From Terriglobia bacterium (lineage in GTDB: Bacteria > Acidobacteriota > Terriglobia > 20CM-2-55-15), in assembly GCA_965198225.1 (NCBI GenBank), contig CBDAOY010000008.1, forward strand, positions 352,001 to 416,000: a stretch of DNA of 64,000 nt. The letters run 5' to 3'. The notes below the pieces were generated by a model. It was not told the DNA's origin and did no database searches. It saw nothing but the letters and a program-made list of their open reading frames with translations. Positions 43,764 through 54,070 of the stretch are shown here, in pieces. The translations under genes and the position numbers were made by a program. The number at the start of each line of letters is the position of its first letter. Position 1 is the first letter of the stretch.

Positions 43764-44655
43764 AGTAGCCCCGTCTGGCGCGAACGTTCAGGCGCTTGTT
43801 TCGAGGAGTGATCTTTATCCGCCTGTACTTGCCGTCTTTTTCGAGGTTGGTCGAGACGTATCCCAGGCTGTACTGCGTCCGCAACTCCGCGGCGATCTGG
43901 CTGAAGATGTCCTCGAAGTTCGACTTGTTGTCCAGCACGAATACGGCGCCGCCGGTTTCCTCCGAAAGGGTCTTGAGCGTGCGCATGTCGCCACTGCGCC
44001 GGCCCCCGAGGAATCCGCGCCGGGGTGGGGCATTCGAGATCGAGTAGATGACGGCGTCTCCCTGGTGTGCGGCGACCAGGGATTCGTCGCGTTTGACCCG
44101 GCTGGTCGTGTCCTCGCCGTCGCTGATCAGGATGATCGCCTTCCGTCCGGTTTCGTGCCGGAGCTTCTCGCGGCTCGCCAGGTAAACGGCGTCGTAGACG
44201 GAGGTCCCGCTGCCGATGTCGAGAGAGTAGACGGCGTCGCCCAGCAGTCGAGTGCTTTCGGTGAAGTCCTGAATCAGGGTGATCGAGCGATCGAACCCGA
44301 TGATCAGTGCAAGGTCCTGTGTCCTGAGGATCGATTCGAGGAAGCTAACCGCCGTCCGCTTTTCTTCGTCAAAGACGGGACGGACGCTCGGAGAAGTGTC
44401 CACCAGCATCGCGAGTGTCAAGGGCAGCTCGTTCTCGCGGGCGAAGTACTGGATAGCCTGGCGGTCCCCATCTTCTTCTACCGTGAAATCCTCGGGTCCA
44501 AGGCCCGAAACGAGCCGGCCTCTGTTGTCGGTCACCGTGAAGAGGACGTTGACCAGATCCACGCCGACCTTGATCGTGAACTGCTCGGCCGCCAACGGCT
44601 CGAAAGCCAGCAGGGCCAGCAGGATAAGGACCGCGAAGCGAATCATTAGCGTCAT
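43738..44655 (-). CDS. VWFA-related Acidobacterial-domain protein, secreted
   Basis: Signal peptide MTLMIRFAVLIL; DTSPS, GTSVYDAV, ISDGED, QYSLGY. The upstream part of the long ORF is antisense to cysS. Confidence 0.87.
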   Translation of the reverse strand: MTLMIRFAVLILLALLAFEPLAAEQFTIKVGVDLVNVLFTVTDNRGRLVSGLGPEDFTVEEDGDRQAIQYFARENELPLTLAMLVDTSPSVRPVFDEEKRTAVSFLESILRTQDLALIIGFDRSITLIQDFTESTRLLGDAVYSLDIGSGTSVYDAVYLASREKLRHETGRKAIILISDGEDTTSRVKRDESLVAAHQGDAVIYSISNAPPRRGFLGGRRSGDMRTLKTLSEETGGAVFVLDNKSNFEDIFSQIAAELRTQYSLGYVSTNLEKDGKYRRIKITPRNKRLNVRARRGYYATDEDSN

Positions 44656-44730
44656 GTTAACATGCTCGTTTGGCGTGAATGAGGTCTTAGACGCCGTGGT
44701 GGGCTTTTCGTTCTCCGATTTCCGCAGCCT

Positions 44731-46128
44731 ATGCTCCGATTGAACAACACCCTGAACGGTCGGCAGGAAGAATTCAAACCTCTGGACGGGGAAACCGTGC
44801 GGATGTACATCTGTGGCCCGACCGTCCACGATTTCGCGCATATCGGTAACTTCCGGACCTACGTCTTTGGGGACATCCTCCGCCGCCACCTGACGAGCAA
44901 GGGGTGGAAGATGATGGAAGTGATGAACATCACCGACGTCGACGACCGGATCATCGAGAAGGCCCTGGCGAAAGGCGTCGACATCAAGACCTACACCGAG
45001 AAGTTCACGGAGTCGTTTCTCGAGGATAGCGACAGCCTGGGCATCGAGCGACCCGAGGTGATCGCCCGCGCCACAGACCACATTCCCGAGATGATCCAAC
45101 TGGTCGAAGCGCTGCTCGACAAAGGGCATGCCTATCGTGAGGGTGACTCGATCTACTTCCGCATATCCAGCTTTCCGGAATACGGAAAACTCGCGCGCAT
45201 CGACACGCAGCAGTTGATGGACGGCGCTCGTGTCGATGCGGACCGGTACGACAAGGAATCGCCCCAGGATTTCGTGCTCTGGAAGGCGCCGAAGGAAGAA
45301 AACGAGCCGCGCTGGAAAGCCGCCATCGGCACGGGCCGGCCGGGTTGGCACCTGGAATGCTCCGCGATGTCGATGAAGTACCTCGGCGAGAGCTTCGACC
45401 TGCACTGCGGTGGCGTCGACCTGATCTTCCCGCATCACACGAACGAGATTGCCCAGAGCCGGGCGGGTACGGGCGGCGGGTTCGCGCTTTTCTGGGTCCA
45501 CAGCGAATTCCTTCACGTTGAAGGCGAGAAGATGGCGAAGTCGACCGGCAACTTCTTTACGCTTCGTGAGTTGGTCGAGAAAGGCTTCGAGCCTCTCGCG
45601 ATCCGGTACTTGCTGGTTTCAGTTCCATACCGGAAGCAGCTGAACTTCACCTTCGACGGACTCCATCAGGCGAACCAGTCGCTGGGCCGCATCAAGGATT
45701 TTCTATTCCGCCTGAAATCGACCGCGATTCCCCCAGGTCGGGATGCCGAAGCAGAGAGATCGCTGGACGAAGCCCGGCGGCAGTTCGAAGCGGCGTTGGA
45801 CGACGACCTCAACACCGCGCAGGCTCTCGCCGCTGTGTTCGACCTCATCCGTGCGGCGAACACGGCGCTCGATGAAGGGACGTTGCACGAGGAGGACCGG
45901 ACCGCGATCGAAGACTGGTTCATCGAGGTCGATCGGCGTTTGGGAATCGTGCCGCCGCTGGATGGACCCCGCGATCCGGACCGCGATATTGAGGATTTGA
46001 TCGCGCAGCGGAACCAGGCCCGGGCGGCCCGGGACTTCGCTCTTGCAGACGAACTCCGCCAACGCCTGCTCGACAAGAACGTCGTGATCGAGGACACGAA
46101 AGAGGGGACGCGGTGGAGGTACAGGTAA
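44731..46128 (+). CDS. cysS: Cysteine--tRNA ligase
   Basis: CGPTV...HIGN, GRPGWHLECSAM, DLIFPHH, KMAKS. Confidence 0.97.
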   Translation: MLRLNNTLNGRQEEFKPLDGETVRMYICGPTVHDFAHIGNFRTYVFGDILRRHLTSKGWKMMEVMNITDVDDRIIEKALAKGVDIKTYTEKFTESFLEDSDSLGIERPEVIARATDHIPEMIQLVEALLDKGHAYREGDSIYFRISSFPEYGKLARIDTQQLMDGARVDADRYDKESPQDFVLWKAPKEENEPRWKAAIGTGRPGWHLECSAMSMKYLGESFDLHCGGVDLIFPHHTNEIAQSRAGTGGGFALFWVHSEFLHVEGEKMAKSTGNFFTLRELVEKGFEPLAIRYLLVSVPYRKQLNFTFDGLHQANQSLGRIKDFLFRLKSTAIPPGRDAEAERSLDEARRQFEAALDDDLNTAQALAAVFDLIRAANTALDEGTLHEEDRTAIEDWFIEVDRRLGIVPPLDGPRDPDRDIEDLIAQRNQARAARDFALADELRQRLLDKNVVIEDTKEGTRWRYR

Positions 46129-46131
46129 GAA

Positions 46132-46270
46132 GGTAGGCCGTAGGCCGTTGTCCGTTGAGTTGCTGCGAGCCGACAGAAGCAGCTTCGTCCCAAGATTGAT
46201 TCTTGACCAGTAACAGGGCGTCGCGCTCGTTCCGAACAACGTCCTACGGGTAACGGCCTACGGCCTACGA
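46132..46270. repeat. Heptamer-periodic inverted repeat (GTAGGCC family)
   Basis: ggtaggccgtaggccgttgtccgttg ... caacgtcctacgggtaacggcctacggcctacg. Confidence 0.7.
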
Positions 46271-46280
46271 CCCACAGACC

Positions 46281-47594
46281 ATGAACAAACTTCCCAACAT
46301 CATCACCAGCCTTCCAGGTCCGAACGCTCAGAAGGTGATCGAAGATGATCACCGCCTGGTGTCGCCGTCCTACACGCGGTCTTACCCGTTCGTTGCCCGC
46401 AAGGGGCAGGGCGCTCTGGTCGAGGATGTCGACGGGAACCGGTTCCTGGATTTCAACGCCGGCATCGCCGTGTGTTCGACGGGCCACTGTCACCCCGACG
46501 TCGTACGGGCGATCCAGGAGCAGGCCGCCGACCTGGTCCACATGTCCGGAACCGACTTCTACTACCCACACATGACTGAGGTCGCTGCGGAACTGGAGTC
46601 GCTCGTGCCGTACGGAAACGGTTGGCGTTGTTCTTACGGGAATTCCGGCGCCGAGGCGATCGAGGCCGCGATGAAGCTGGCGCGATATCATACCGGTCGA
46701 CAACAGTTCATCGCATTCCACAATGCGTTTCACGGCCGCACGATGGGCGCGTTGTCACTGACCAACTCCAAGCCGGTTCAGCGCAAACGCTTCTCACCCC
46801 TGGTTCCCGGCGTCACGCACGTGCCGTACCCGAACCCCTACCGGGATGGACCCGCGTGCGGGACGGATGCGATCAACTACATCCGCGACGTGGTTTTCCA
46901 CACGAGCGTCAATCCTGACGAGGTCGCCGCCATCGTGGTCGAGACCATCCAGGGCGAGGGAGGCTACATCGTTCCTCCGCCCGACTTCTATCCCCAACTG
47001 CAGGCGCTGGCGCGGGAGTACGGAATTCTGATCGTCGCCGACGAAGTGCAGTGCGGTTCAGGGCGCACCGGCCGGATGTTTGCCTTCGAGCACTTCGACT
47101 TCGAACCCGACGTCATCGCCCTGGCAAAAGGGATCGCGTCGGGCATGCCGCTGGGCGTCACGATGGCGCGGGCGGAACTGATGAACTGGGTGCCCGGAAG
47201 CCACGCCTCCACGTTCGGTGGAAATCCCGTGTGCCTGGCCGCGGCTCGAGCGACTCTCGAGTTATTGCGCAAGGAGTACCTGGAGAACTGCCGGAGGGTC
47301 GGCGAGTTTCTCATGAACGGTGCGCGAGAACTGATGGCCCCCTACCCCGTCATCGGAGATGTTCGTGGCCTGGGCCTCATGATCGGGATCGAACTCGTGC
47401 GGGATCGGGAGACGAAGCAGATGGCGCCCGCGTTGCGTGATGCCGTTATCGAAGAGTGTTTCAAACGCGGCCTGCTCGTTCTCGGTGCCGGCCCGTCGAC
47501 GATTCGACTGTCCCCGCCCCTGCTCGTGGACGAAGAACAGTGCCGGTTTGCCCTTGCCACGCTCGGCGACGCGATCGCCGAAGTTTCGGATTGA
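46281..47594 (+). CDS. Class III PLP aminotransferase (4-aminobutyrate/acetylornithine type)
   Basis: NSGAEAIEAA, FHGRT, DEVQCG.GRTG, ALAKG, STFGGNP. Confidence 0.92.
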   Translation: MNKLPNIITSLPGPNAQKVIEDDHRLVSPSYTRSYPFVARKGQGALVEDVDGNRFLDFNAGIAVCSTGHCHPDVVRAIQEQAADLVHMSGTDFYYPHMTEVAAELESLVPYGNGWRCSYGNSGAEAIEAAMKLARYHTGRQQFIAFHNAFHGRTMGALSLTNSKPVQRKRFSPLVPGVTHVPYPNPYRDGPACGTDAINYIRDVVFHTSVNPDEVAAIVVETIQGEGGYIVPPPDFYPQLQALAREYGILIVADEVQCGSGRTGRMFAFEHFDFEPDVIALAKGIASGMPLGVTMARAELMNWVPGSHASTFGGNPVCLAAARATLELLRKEYLENCRRVGEFLMNGARELMAPYPVIGDVRGLGLMIGIELVRDRETKQMAPALRDAVIEECFKRGLLVLGAGPSTIRLSPPLLVDEEQCRFALATLGDAIAEVSD

Positions 47595-47604
47595 TTCCTA
47601 TCTG

Positions 47605-48006
47605 ATGCCGTTCCCTTTGACCTGGAGCAAGCTGTTCCGCACAGAGACGCCGGGCTTCGGGCGACGTGCTGAAATCCTCGGCGCCGAGCACCTCCGTTCG
47701 CTCGGGTTCCGGTTGCTCGCCTCGCCGTATCGAGTGGTCACCGGCGAGGTCGACATCGTCGCATTGGACGACGACTGCCTCGTCTTTGTGGAGGTCAAGG
47801 CGCGGCGGTCCGACCCCCATCCCGAGGATGCCGTCAACCTCGAAAAACGCCGGCGCATCGAGCGGGCAGCCCGCCACTACCGCCGGCGGTCTCCCCGCCG
47901 CGACCTTCGCTATCGGTTCGACATCCTTGCCGTGGTCCAACCCGACGGGGGAGAGCCCCGGTTCCGGCTGATCAGGGACGCGTTCCGGGAATCTGGAGGT
48001 GCGTGA
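47605..48006 (+). CDS. YraN family protein (UPF0102)
   Basis: GRRAE, GEVDIVA...LVFVEVKAR, RFDILAV. Confidence 0.9.
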   Translation: MPFPLTWSKLFRTETPGFGRRAEILGAEHLRSLGFRLLASPYRVVTGEVDIVALDDDCLVFVEVKARRSDPHPEDAVNLEKRRRIERAARHYRRRSPRRDLRYRFDILAVVQPDGGEPRFRLIRDAFRESGGA

Positions 48007-48045
48007 GCGCGGCCCGCCTGCAACCAGGGCCGAGCAGCATTGGCC

Positions 48046-48074
48046 TTGAACCGGTTCGTTCATAAACCTATAAT
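48046..48074 (+). promoter_or_regulatory. Sigma-70 promoter of tRNA-Gly
   Basis: TTGAAC, 17 bp, TATAAT. Confidence 0.75.
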
Positions 48075-48087
48075 TTGGCTTGCATCG

Positions 48088-48159
48088 GCGGGAATAACTC
48101 AGTGGTAGAGTGCGACCTTGCCAAGGTCGAAGTCGCGGGTTCGAATCCCGTTTCCCGCT
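48088..48159 (+). tRNA. tRNA-Gly (GCC)
   Basis: GCGGGAA acceptor stem, CGACC-TTGCCAA-GGTCG anticodon arm, GGTTCGAATCC. Confidence 0.96.
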
Positions 48160-48197
48160 CTCAACTGACCGATAGTTCTGCCGTATTTGTACCGCGT

Positions 48198-48360
48198 TTA
48201 GCGTGCCAGCGCCGTTTCGAGTTCCTCTACCGCTCCACGTCGACTTTTAGCCGAAGTCTGCGTGTGGACATTCAAGTCCGCCTCGATTCCGGAATTCAAG
48301 ACGTTTCCCTGCCTTGCTTCACCCAGCGACCACAACAGGTTATAGTCTTGGGTTTGAACC
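48198..48360 (-). pseudogene. Possible tyrosine-integrase C-terminal relic
   Basis: Minus strand reads SGIEADLNVHTQTSAKSRRGAVEELETALAR*, resembling integrase ends (..L.VYTQ....reAVe.LE) with Tyr replaced by His; adjacent to tRNA 3' end. Confidence 0.4.
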
Positions 48361-48374
48361 AATAAGTCTGATTA

Positions 48375-50462
48375 ATGATCCATGGCGGCTGGCGGCGAAT
48401 GCCAGAGCTCGCCGCACGTTCCTTCCTGACCGTGCAAGACGACGACAAAACCAGAGACGAGCTTCTAGAGGAGTTGCGGGAGCTGAGGAGTCGCACAGCC
48501 CATGTTCCCGTCGCCACCTCGGCTGACTCTGACGCCGGGAACTGGAGAAGACGCCTGGATGAAGTGACAGCGGGGATGCAGGGCGTGGTTTATCGCGTCG
48601 AACGCGACGCCGGCGGGGCTACGCAGATGACCTTCATCAGCGAGTCATGCCGTGAAATCTACGGTCTGGAACCCAAGGAGGCGATCGCAGACATCTCTGT
48701 CCTGTGGGACATGATCGTCCCCGAGGATCTGCAGACGTTCAAGGACGTCGTCCGGCAATCGGAAACCACGCTGAAGCCGTGGAAACTGGACTATCGGATC
48801 GTCGACCGTCGAGGGCGCCTGAAATGGCTGCGGGGGATCTCCTACCCCCGGCGGGAAGCGGGTGGGTGCACCGTCTGGAATGGTTTCATCTCTGACATCA
48901 CCAACTGGAAGCAGATCGAGAGAGAACTCCTCGACAGCCAGCGGTTCGTCCATCGCATTGCAGAATCCATGCCCGGGCTTCTGACCGTTTACGACCTGGT
49001 CAAGCAGAAGCATGTGTTCACGAACGGCCGGATCACTGAAATTCTTGGCTACACCTTGGAAGAACTCCAGAGCGCACTGTCTGCTGGCCCTGAGAGCCTC
49101 CTCCACCCTGACGACACGTCCGAGGTGCGCTCGTTGCTGGCCTGGTTGGAGACTGCGAAGGACGGGGAGATCTACGAATCGCGCTGCCGCATGAAGGCTG
49201 CCGGCGGTGGTTATCGCTGGCTGGGGTGTCGGGGTACGATCCTCGAACGGCAAGCTGACGGCAGGCCGCGCCTTTACCTGACGGTCGCCATGGACGTCAC
49301 CGATCAGGTGAACCTGGAATCGCAGGTCATCCAGTCCCAGAAGATGGACGCCGTCGGACGGCTTGCCGGCGGCGTCGCACACGACTTCAACAACCTTCTC
49401 ACGGTCATCCGGGGCTACAGCAGCCTGCTCGAAGAGGAACTTCCTTCGCCGAGCGCATCGTGGGAGAAGACCCGCGCGATTATACGGTCGGCCGAACGCG
49501 CCGAAGACCTGACCCGCCAGCTGCTGGCGTTCGGCCGCAAGCAGCGTGCAGAAGTCCGCGTGACGGACCTGAACAGACTGTTGTCTGAACACGACACCGT
49601 GCTCCGCCGCACGATCGGTGAGGATATCGAGTTGACAACCGTTCTGGGGCCAGAGCTCGGGGCGGTCCTGGTCGATCCGGGACACATCGACCAGGTGATA
49701 TTCAACCTCGCTATCAACGCCCGGGATGCGATGCCTTCCGGCGGGAAGCTGACCGTGACCACGTCCAACCTGGAGCTGGCCGAACCGTTTCTGGACGGTG
49801 CAGTCTCGATAGCGCCCGGCCGTTACGTAGTCATCCGGGTCCAGGATACGGGTCACGGCATGGATGGGCCGACCATGTCTCATGCTTTCGAGCCGTTCTT
49901 CACGACCAAAGAGCCTGGAAAAGGAACCGGCCTGGGACTGTCGGCGGTGTATGGCATCGTCAAACAGGCGGGCGGTTCGATTTCTCTCAACAGCACGCCC
50001 GGTGGAGGGACAACCTTTAGCGTCTATCTCCCCAGGATAGACGCTTTGGCCCAGGAGCCTGAAACTCGAGAAGCGGAGTCCTCGAACGCCTACAATACGG
50101 GGACGATTCTGCTTGTCGAAGACGACGACGAACTGAGAAAACTGGTCGCTACCGTTCTGGGGAACAAAGGCTATGACGTGATGGACTCGGCCGACCCTCG
50201 CGACGCCATCGAGCGCCTCAGGAAATCCGGTTCGGTAGATCTGATACTCACCGATGTCGTCATGCCCGGGCTGAGCGGTCCGGAAATGGTCGAGCGGATC
50301 ACCCACATTCAACCGAACCCAAAAGTGCTGTACATCTCCGGTTACACCGACAATTCCCGTCCTGCCCGCCAGCTGATCGAGGGCAATCCCTTCCTCGAAA
50401 AGCCGTTCACGCCGGCTGCGCTTCTCGAACGGGTCTCCAGCCTGATAGGATCGGGTTCGTAG
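48375..50462 (+). CDS. Hybrid sensor histidine kinase/response regulator (PAS-PAS-HisKA-HATPase-REC); true start possibly GTG 48432
   Basis: Two PAS/PAC domains, AHDFNNLL H-box, [36 protein letters not shown]...KPF. Confidence 0.93.
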   Translation: MIHGGWRRMPELAARSFLTVQDDDKTRDELLEELRELRSRTAHVPVATSADSDAGNWRRRLDEVTAGMQGVVYRVERDAGGATQMTFISESCREIYGLEPKEAIADISVLWDMIVPEDLQTFKDVVRQSETTLKPWKLDYRIVDRRGRLKWLRGISYPRREAGGCTVWNGFISDITNWKQIERELLDSQRFVHRIAESMPGLLTVYDLVKQKHVFTNGRITEILGYTLEELQSALSAGPESLLHPDDTSEVRSLLAWLETAKDGEIYESRCRMKAAGGGYRWLGCRGTILERQADGRPRLYLTVAMDVTDQVNLESQVIQSQKMDAVGRLAGGVAHDFNNLLTVIRGYSSLLEEELPSPSASWEKTRAIIRSAERAEDLTRQLLAFGRKQRAEVRVTDLNRLLSEHDTVLRRTIGEDIELTTVLGPELGAVLVDPGHIDQVIFNLAINARDAMPSGGKLTVTTSNLELAEPFLDGAVSIAPGRYVVIRVQDTGHGMDGPTMSHAFEPFFTTKEPGKGTGLGLSAVYGIVKQAGGSISLNSTPGGGTTFSVYLPRIDALAQEPETREAESSNAYNTGTILLVEDDDELRKLVATVLGNKGYDVMDSADPRDAIERLRKSGSVDLILTDVVMPGLSGPEMVERITHIQPNPKVLYISGYTDNSRPARQLIEGNPFLEKPFTPAALLERVSSLIGSGS

Positions 50463-50601
50463 TGTTGGTTCTACTCTGAATCCCCCCGTCCCTCGCTCCA
50501 AGTCACAACACTTGTTGCACGCCCCCCCGAGAAGTGGTTCAATCTTGCTTCACGATTCGGCCCCTCACAGAGTGGGAGCCGGGAACAGGAGCATTTTCCC
50601 G

Positions 50602-51039
50602 ATGAGCGTCAAGATGTCCGCCCGTGCAGTAGGCGATGTTACCGTTATGGATGTTTCCGGGCGGATCACCGCTGGGGAAGGGTCCAACATCTTTCGCCAG
50701 ACGATCCGCGACCAGGTGGCGCAAGGGAATAAGGACATCCTTCTCAACCTCGAGGAAGTTTCCTACATCGACAGCAGCGGGCTGGGTGAGCTGGTACTCG
50801 GCCATGGCACGGTCACGCAGAACATCTGCGATTCGTGCGGCGCATCGGTCTTCCAGAACGACCAGGGGGATTGGGATCCCTGCCGGCAGTGCGAAGGAAC
50901 CGGCCGGACGAGCTGGGGACGCTTGAAGCTGACCAACCTAAACAGTCAGGTGCGCGAGTTGCTGGAGTTCTCCCGGTTGAATACGGTTTTTGAAATTCAC
51001 GAATCGGAAGAAGTCGCCATCGACAGCTTCAACCATTGA
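50602..51039 (+). CDS. STAS-domain anti-sigma-factor antagonist with a Cys-rich insertion
   Basis: RBS AGGAG; VSYIDSSGLGEL, LKL.NL...V.ELL...RL.TVFEI; inserted CDSC-x14-CRQC. Confidence 0.85.
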   Translation: MSVKMSARAVGDVTVMDVSGRITAGEGSNIFRQTIRDQVAQGNKDILLNLEEVSYIDSSGLGELVLGHGTVTQNICDSCGASVFQNDQGDWDPCRQCEGTGRTSWGRLKLTNLNSQVRELLEFSRLNTVFEIHESEEVAIDSFNH

Positions 51040-51080
51040 TGTAGCGAACCGGTGTCGTCCTACCGCCCTCCCGGACAGAT

Positions 51081-51581
51081 ATGAGACCGACCCCTGATAA
51101 TTCTTCCAGTATATCCGCGGAGTTTATCCAGGCATCCAGGACACTCCTCGCCGAGGACTACATGCCCAAGCTTCACAAGATTGTGGGCATGTTGTCGGAA
51201 GATGATGTCTGGTGGCGTCCGAACGAGGCCAGCAACAGTATCGGCAACATGCTGCTGCATATGTGCGGGAACTTGAGGCAGTGGATCATCAGTGGGGCCG
51301 GCGGGGCACCCGGCTCGCGCGACCGTCCTTCCGAATTCGCCGCGCGGGGTCCGATTCCGAAAGCGGAGTTGATGACGAAGGTCGAAGAGACCACCGCCGA
51401 GGTGGATCGCGTCCTGGCAGACCTGAGAGAAGCTTCGCTCGTCGATAGACTCGACGTCCAGGACTTCAATGTCACCCGCCTCCACGCCGTCTATCACTCC
51501 ATCGAACACTTCGGCTACCACCTGGGACAGATCGCGTACGTCGCAAAGATGCGGCGCGGCAAGGATTTGGAAATCTTTTGA
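51081..51581 (+). CDS. DinB/DUF1572-family protein
   Basis: WWRPNEASNSIGNMLLHMCGNLRQW, RDRPSEF, EHFGYHLGQI. Confidence 0.85.
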   Translation: MRPTPDNSSSISAEFIQASRTLLAEDYMPKLHKIVGMLSEDDVWWRPNEASNSIGNMLLHMCGNLRQWIISGAGGAPGSRDRPSEFAARGPIPKAELMTKVEETTAEVDRVLADLREASLVDRLDVQDFNVTRLHAVYHSIEHFGYHLGQIAYVAKMRRGKDLEIF

Positions 51582-51586
51582 AGAAG

Positions 51587-51705
51587 GTGTAGGTGCGGTC
51601 TATGACCGCACATTCTTGCAATCGGAACGTTGTGCGCTCACAGAGCGCACCTACACCCGGGCCTACTGATTCCACGAGTTTGTGCGGTCATAGACCGCAC
51701 CTACA
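51587..51705. repeat. GTAG-REP cluster (3 units) between convergent genes
   Basis: gtgtaggtgcggtctatgaccgcac; gtgcgctcacagagcgcacctacac; gtgcggtcatagaccgcacctaca. Confidence 0.88.
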
Positions 51706-53940
51706 TCAAAAATTGAACAGGTTCGTGAACTTGAAGATGATTGCCCGATCCAGCAGCTCGTTTGTCTGCGTGTCTCGCCGGTCGTTGTAGACGACGAACA
51801 GGTCGCTCAGCGGATGATGGATCAAGCGGAAGCGGATGTTCGAGCTGAACTGCTTGGCGTCGGTGTTGTACTGCAGGAAGGCGTTGAGGAAAGCTTTCGT
51901 GCTGAAGGAATACTTCACACGGGTTCCGACGAGATTCGTGACGAATGACCCTCCAGCCAGCTCGATGTCATTCCGGTTGTAGTTGACCTCGATGTTGGTT
52001 CGGTGGTTCGGCTTGAGTGCCAGTTCCCCTCCGATGGTCTTTTTGGTTCCGTCCCAGAAATCTCCGATGTTGAACCAGACATTGCCGCCGATTTTCTTGC
52101 TCCGGTCCGAGGTATAGAAGATGTTGATCTCGTTGAACTGGTAGTCGCCGGCCGGTAGCTCGATGTCGGACCGGATCTGGAAGGGTGCGTCCAGCCGTTC
52201 GAACGTCCGCTTGACCTCGAAGTTGAAAAACGCGTTGTTCTGGAAGGAAATGCCTGCGTTGAAGTTCTGACGCCGCGTTTCCATGTCGTTTCCGCTGCTG
52301 CTCTGGAAGTAGTCGACGCGGCTGCCGAAGAAGAAGTTACGGATACCGCGAGAGTTGATCCGGGGCCGCCAGTTGAGGTTGCCCGAGTATTTCTCGACGT
52401 CCCGCCGGGGGATGAAGCCCAGCTCGGGGTTGAAGTTCTCCTGGGCTTCGAAATAGCTGCCGTTCACCGTCAGGTCGTTGCTCAACCACGCGGTCTCGAA
52501 CTGGCGCGCCTGGGCGCGTCCGTCGAGTCCCGGCGTGTCGCTCTGCAATACATAAGATCCGATTTCGAGGTTCTGCAGGAAACGGAAACGGGAGTCGACG
52601 CCGTAGACGTGGTTGTAGTTGCCTGCTTCGGAGCTGTCGCGGCTCGTGACGATCCCGCCGACCCAGGAATTCTGCAAGAGGTTCTTCTTGACGCGTCCGA
52701 CCGTGTAGTTGTTCGACGGGATGTCACCGAACGCCTCGGTCTTCATCGTCAAGGCGCCCACGTCGTAGGTTCCGACCTGGCCGGTCAGCCGGGCTCCGCC
52801 GACGATCGGAACGGGCGTGCCTGAGGCCAGACCGATCCTGCGGCTGAAGAAGGGAATCAGGTCCCCTGGGCCGAAGTGCCCGCCTCCGCCAAACCTGTTG
52901 ATGGGCTGCCCGAAGGAAAAGGTACCCGAGTTCTCCAGGAAGAACTCGCGCTTCTCGGGAAAGAAGAGACTGAACCGCGTGAGGTTGACTTGCTGCTGGT
53001 CGGCCTCGACCTGCGAGAAGTCCGTCCGGTATGTGACGTCGAGCGTCAGCGATTGGGTGACGCTGTACTTGGCGTCGAAACCCCCGTCGAAGTCCGTGTC
53101 CGTGTTGGTTTCCCCTTCCCGACGGATCTGAGTGAAGGCCGTCGTGGCGAACGGCTTGACCTTCAGGTTTCGACCCTGGCGGCCGACCTCGACTCCACGC
53201 AGCGTCCCGGCCATCGAGACGCGGTTGACCCGATACCGTCGGGGCAGGGGAGTCCAGTGACTGTCTTCGGTCTTGCGCCGAACCCGTCGGACCATGTTCA
53301 AACCCCACTCCTGGAATCCGCTGTCGGCAAACCGCAGGGTCTTGAGCGGAATCACGAACTCGGCAATCCACGCTTCCCCGTTCACGCTAACCCTCACATC
53401 CCAGACACCATCCCAGTCCCGGTTATTGCCAAAACCGTCGTTGGCGATCTGGGAATCCCGTTTCGCACCGGCAGGGTTGGTCCCGAAGAAGAACCCGGAG
53501 CGTTCGTCTTTGAGCGTATCGAGGGTGATCCCGAACCCATCCTGGTTTTGCCCGTCGAAATCTTCGTCGAGCTCTGTTACCCGGAGGTTATCGGTGTCGG
53601 AGTCCCAGCAGATCACCCCGATGTAGAGGTTCTGGCTGTCGTATAGGAAGCGCACTTCTGTGGGCTCCGTCGCCGCTTCGCCCGGACTGGGCTCCCACTG
53701 GACGAAGTCCGCGGCTACGGGCGCCTTCCGCCAGGCCGGTTCATCGAGTGCGCCGTCGATCGAAATGGCTCCTTCCACCGGCACGGCCTCTGCGATCCTG
53801 GAGAACCGTATCGTGTTGTAGTCGATTGGAGCGATGATCGGACGCGTCGTCGGATCATCATCGTCGTCGGCTAGAAGCTGCGCCCAGGCTGCGGGCGAAG
53901 CCAGGAATAGACAGGTAATTAGTAGTAGCGTGCTGCGCAT
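51706..53940 (-). CDS. DUF5916-type outer-membrane protein with N-terminal CBM9-like domain
   Basis: Signal peptide; IDGALDEPAW, WIAEFVIP, DFSQVEAD...NLTRFSLFFPEKREFFLE, FFSRRIG; C-terminal Phe. Confidence 0.82.
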   Translation of the reverse strand: MRSTLLLITCLFLASPAAWAQLLADDDDDPTTRPIIAPIDYNTIRFSRIAEAVPVEGAISIDGALDEPAWRKAPVAADFVQWEPSPGEAATEPTEVRFLYDSQNLYIGVICWDSDTDNLRVTELDEDFDGQNQDGFGITLDTLKDERSGFFFGTNPAGAKRDSQIANDGFGNNRDWDGVWDVRVSVNGEAWIAEFVIPLKTLRFADSGFQEWGLNMVRRVRRKTEDSHWTPLPRRYRVNRVSMAGTLRGVEVGRQGRNLKVKPFATTAFTQIRREGETNTDTDFDGGFDAKYSVTQSLTLDVTYRTDFSQVEADQQQVNLTRFSLFFPEKREFFLENSGTFSFGQPINRFGGGGHFGPGDLIPFFSRRIGLASGTPVPIVGGARLTGQVGTYDVGALTMKTEAFGDIPSNNYTVGRVKKNLLQNSWVGGIVTSRDSSEAGNYNHVYGVDSRFRFLQNLEIGSYVLQSDTPGLDGRAQARQFETAWLSNDLTVNGSYFEAQENFNPELGFIPRRDVEKYSGNLNWRPRINSRGIRNFFFGSRVDYFQSSSGNDMETRRQNFNAGISFQNNAFFNFEVKRTFERLDAPFQIRSDIELPAGDYQFNEINIFYTSDRSKKIGGNVWFNIGDFWDGTKKTIGGELALKPNHRTNIEVNYNRNDIELAGGSFVTNLVGTRVKYSFSTKAFLNAFLQYNTDAKQFSSNIRFRLIHHPLSDLFVVYNDRRDTQTNELLDRAIIFKFTNLFNF

Positions 53941-54023
53941 AAAGAAATAATCATATCAAACCGGCACGACCCGCTACCGCCCAAAATAGGGTCGTGGCCT
54001 GGCATTCGGCCTGTGTGGCCGTT

Positions 54024-54052
54024 TTGCCCTCCTTCGCAGCGCTGGTTATAAT
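54024..54052 (+). promoter_or_regulatory. Sigma-70 promoter of tRNA-Cys
   Basis: TTGCCC, 17 bp, TATAAT. Confidence 0.65.
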
Positions 54053-54070
54053 ATTTGGCCTGCAAGATCA

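Noticed and set aside
44656-45516. N-terminal extension of the 592 aa ORF 43738-45516
   Set aside because: Antisense to cysS; the VWFA protein has a signal peptide starting at ~44655
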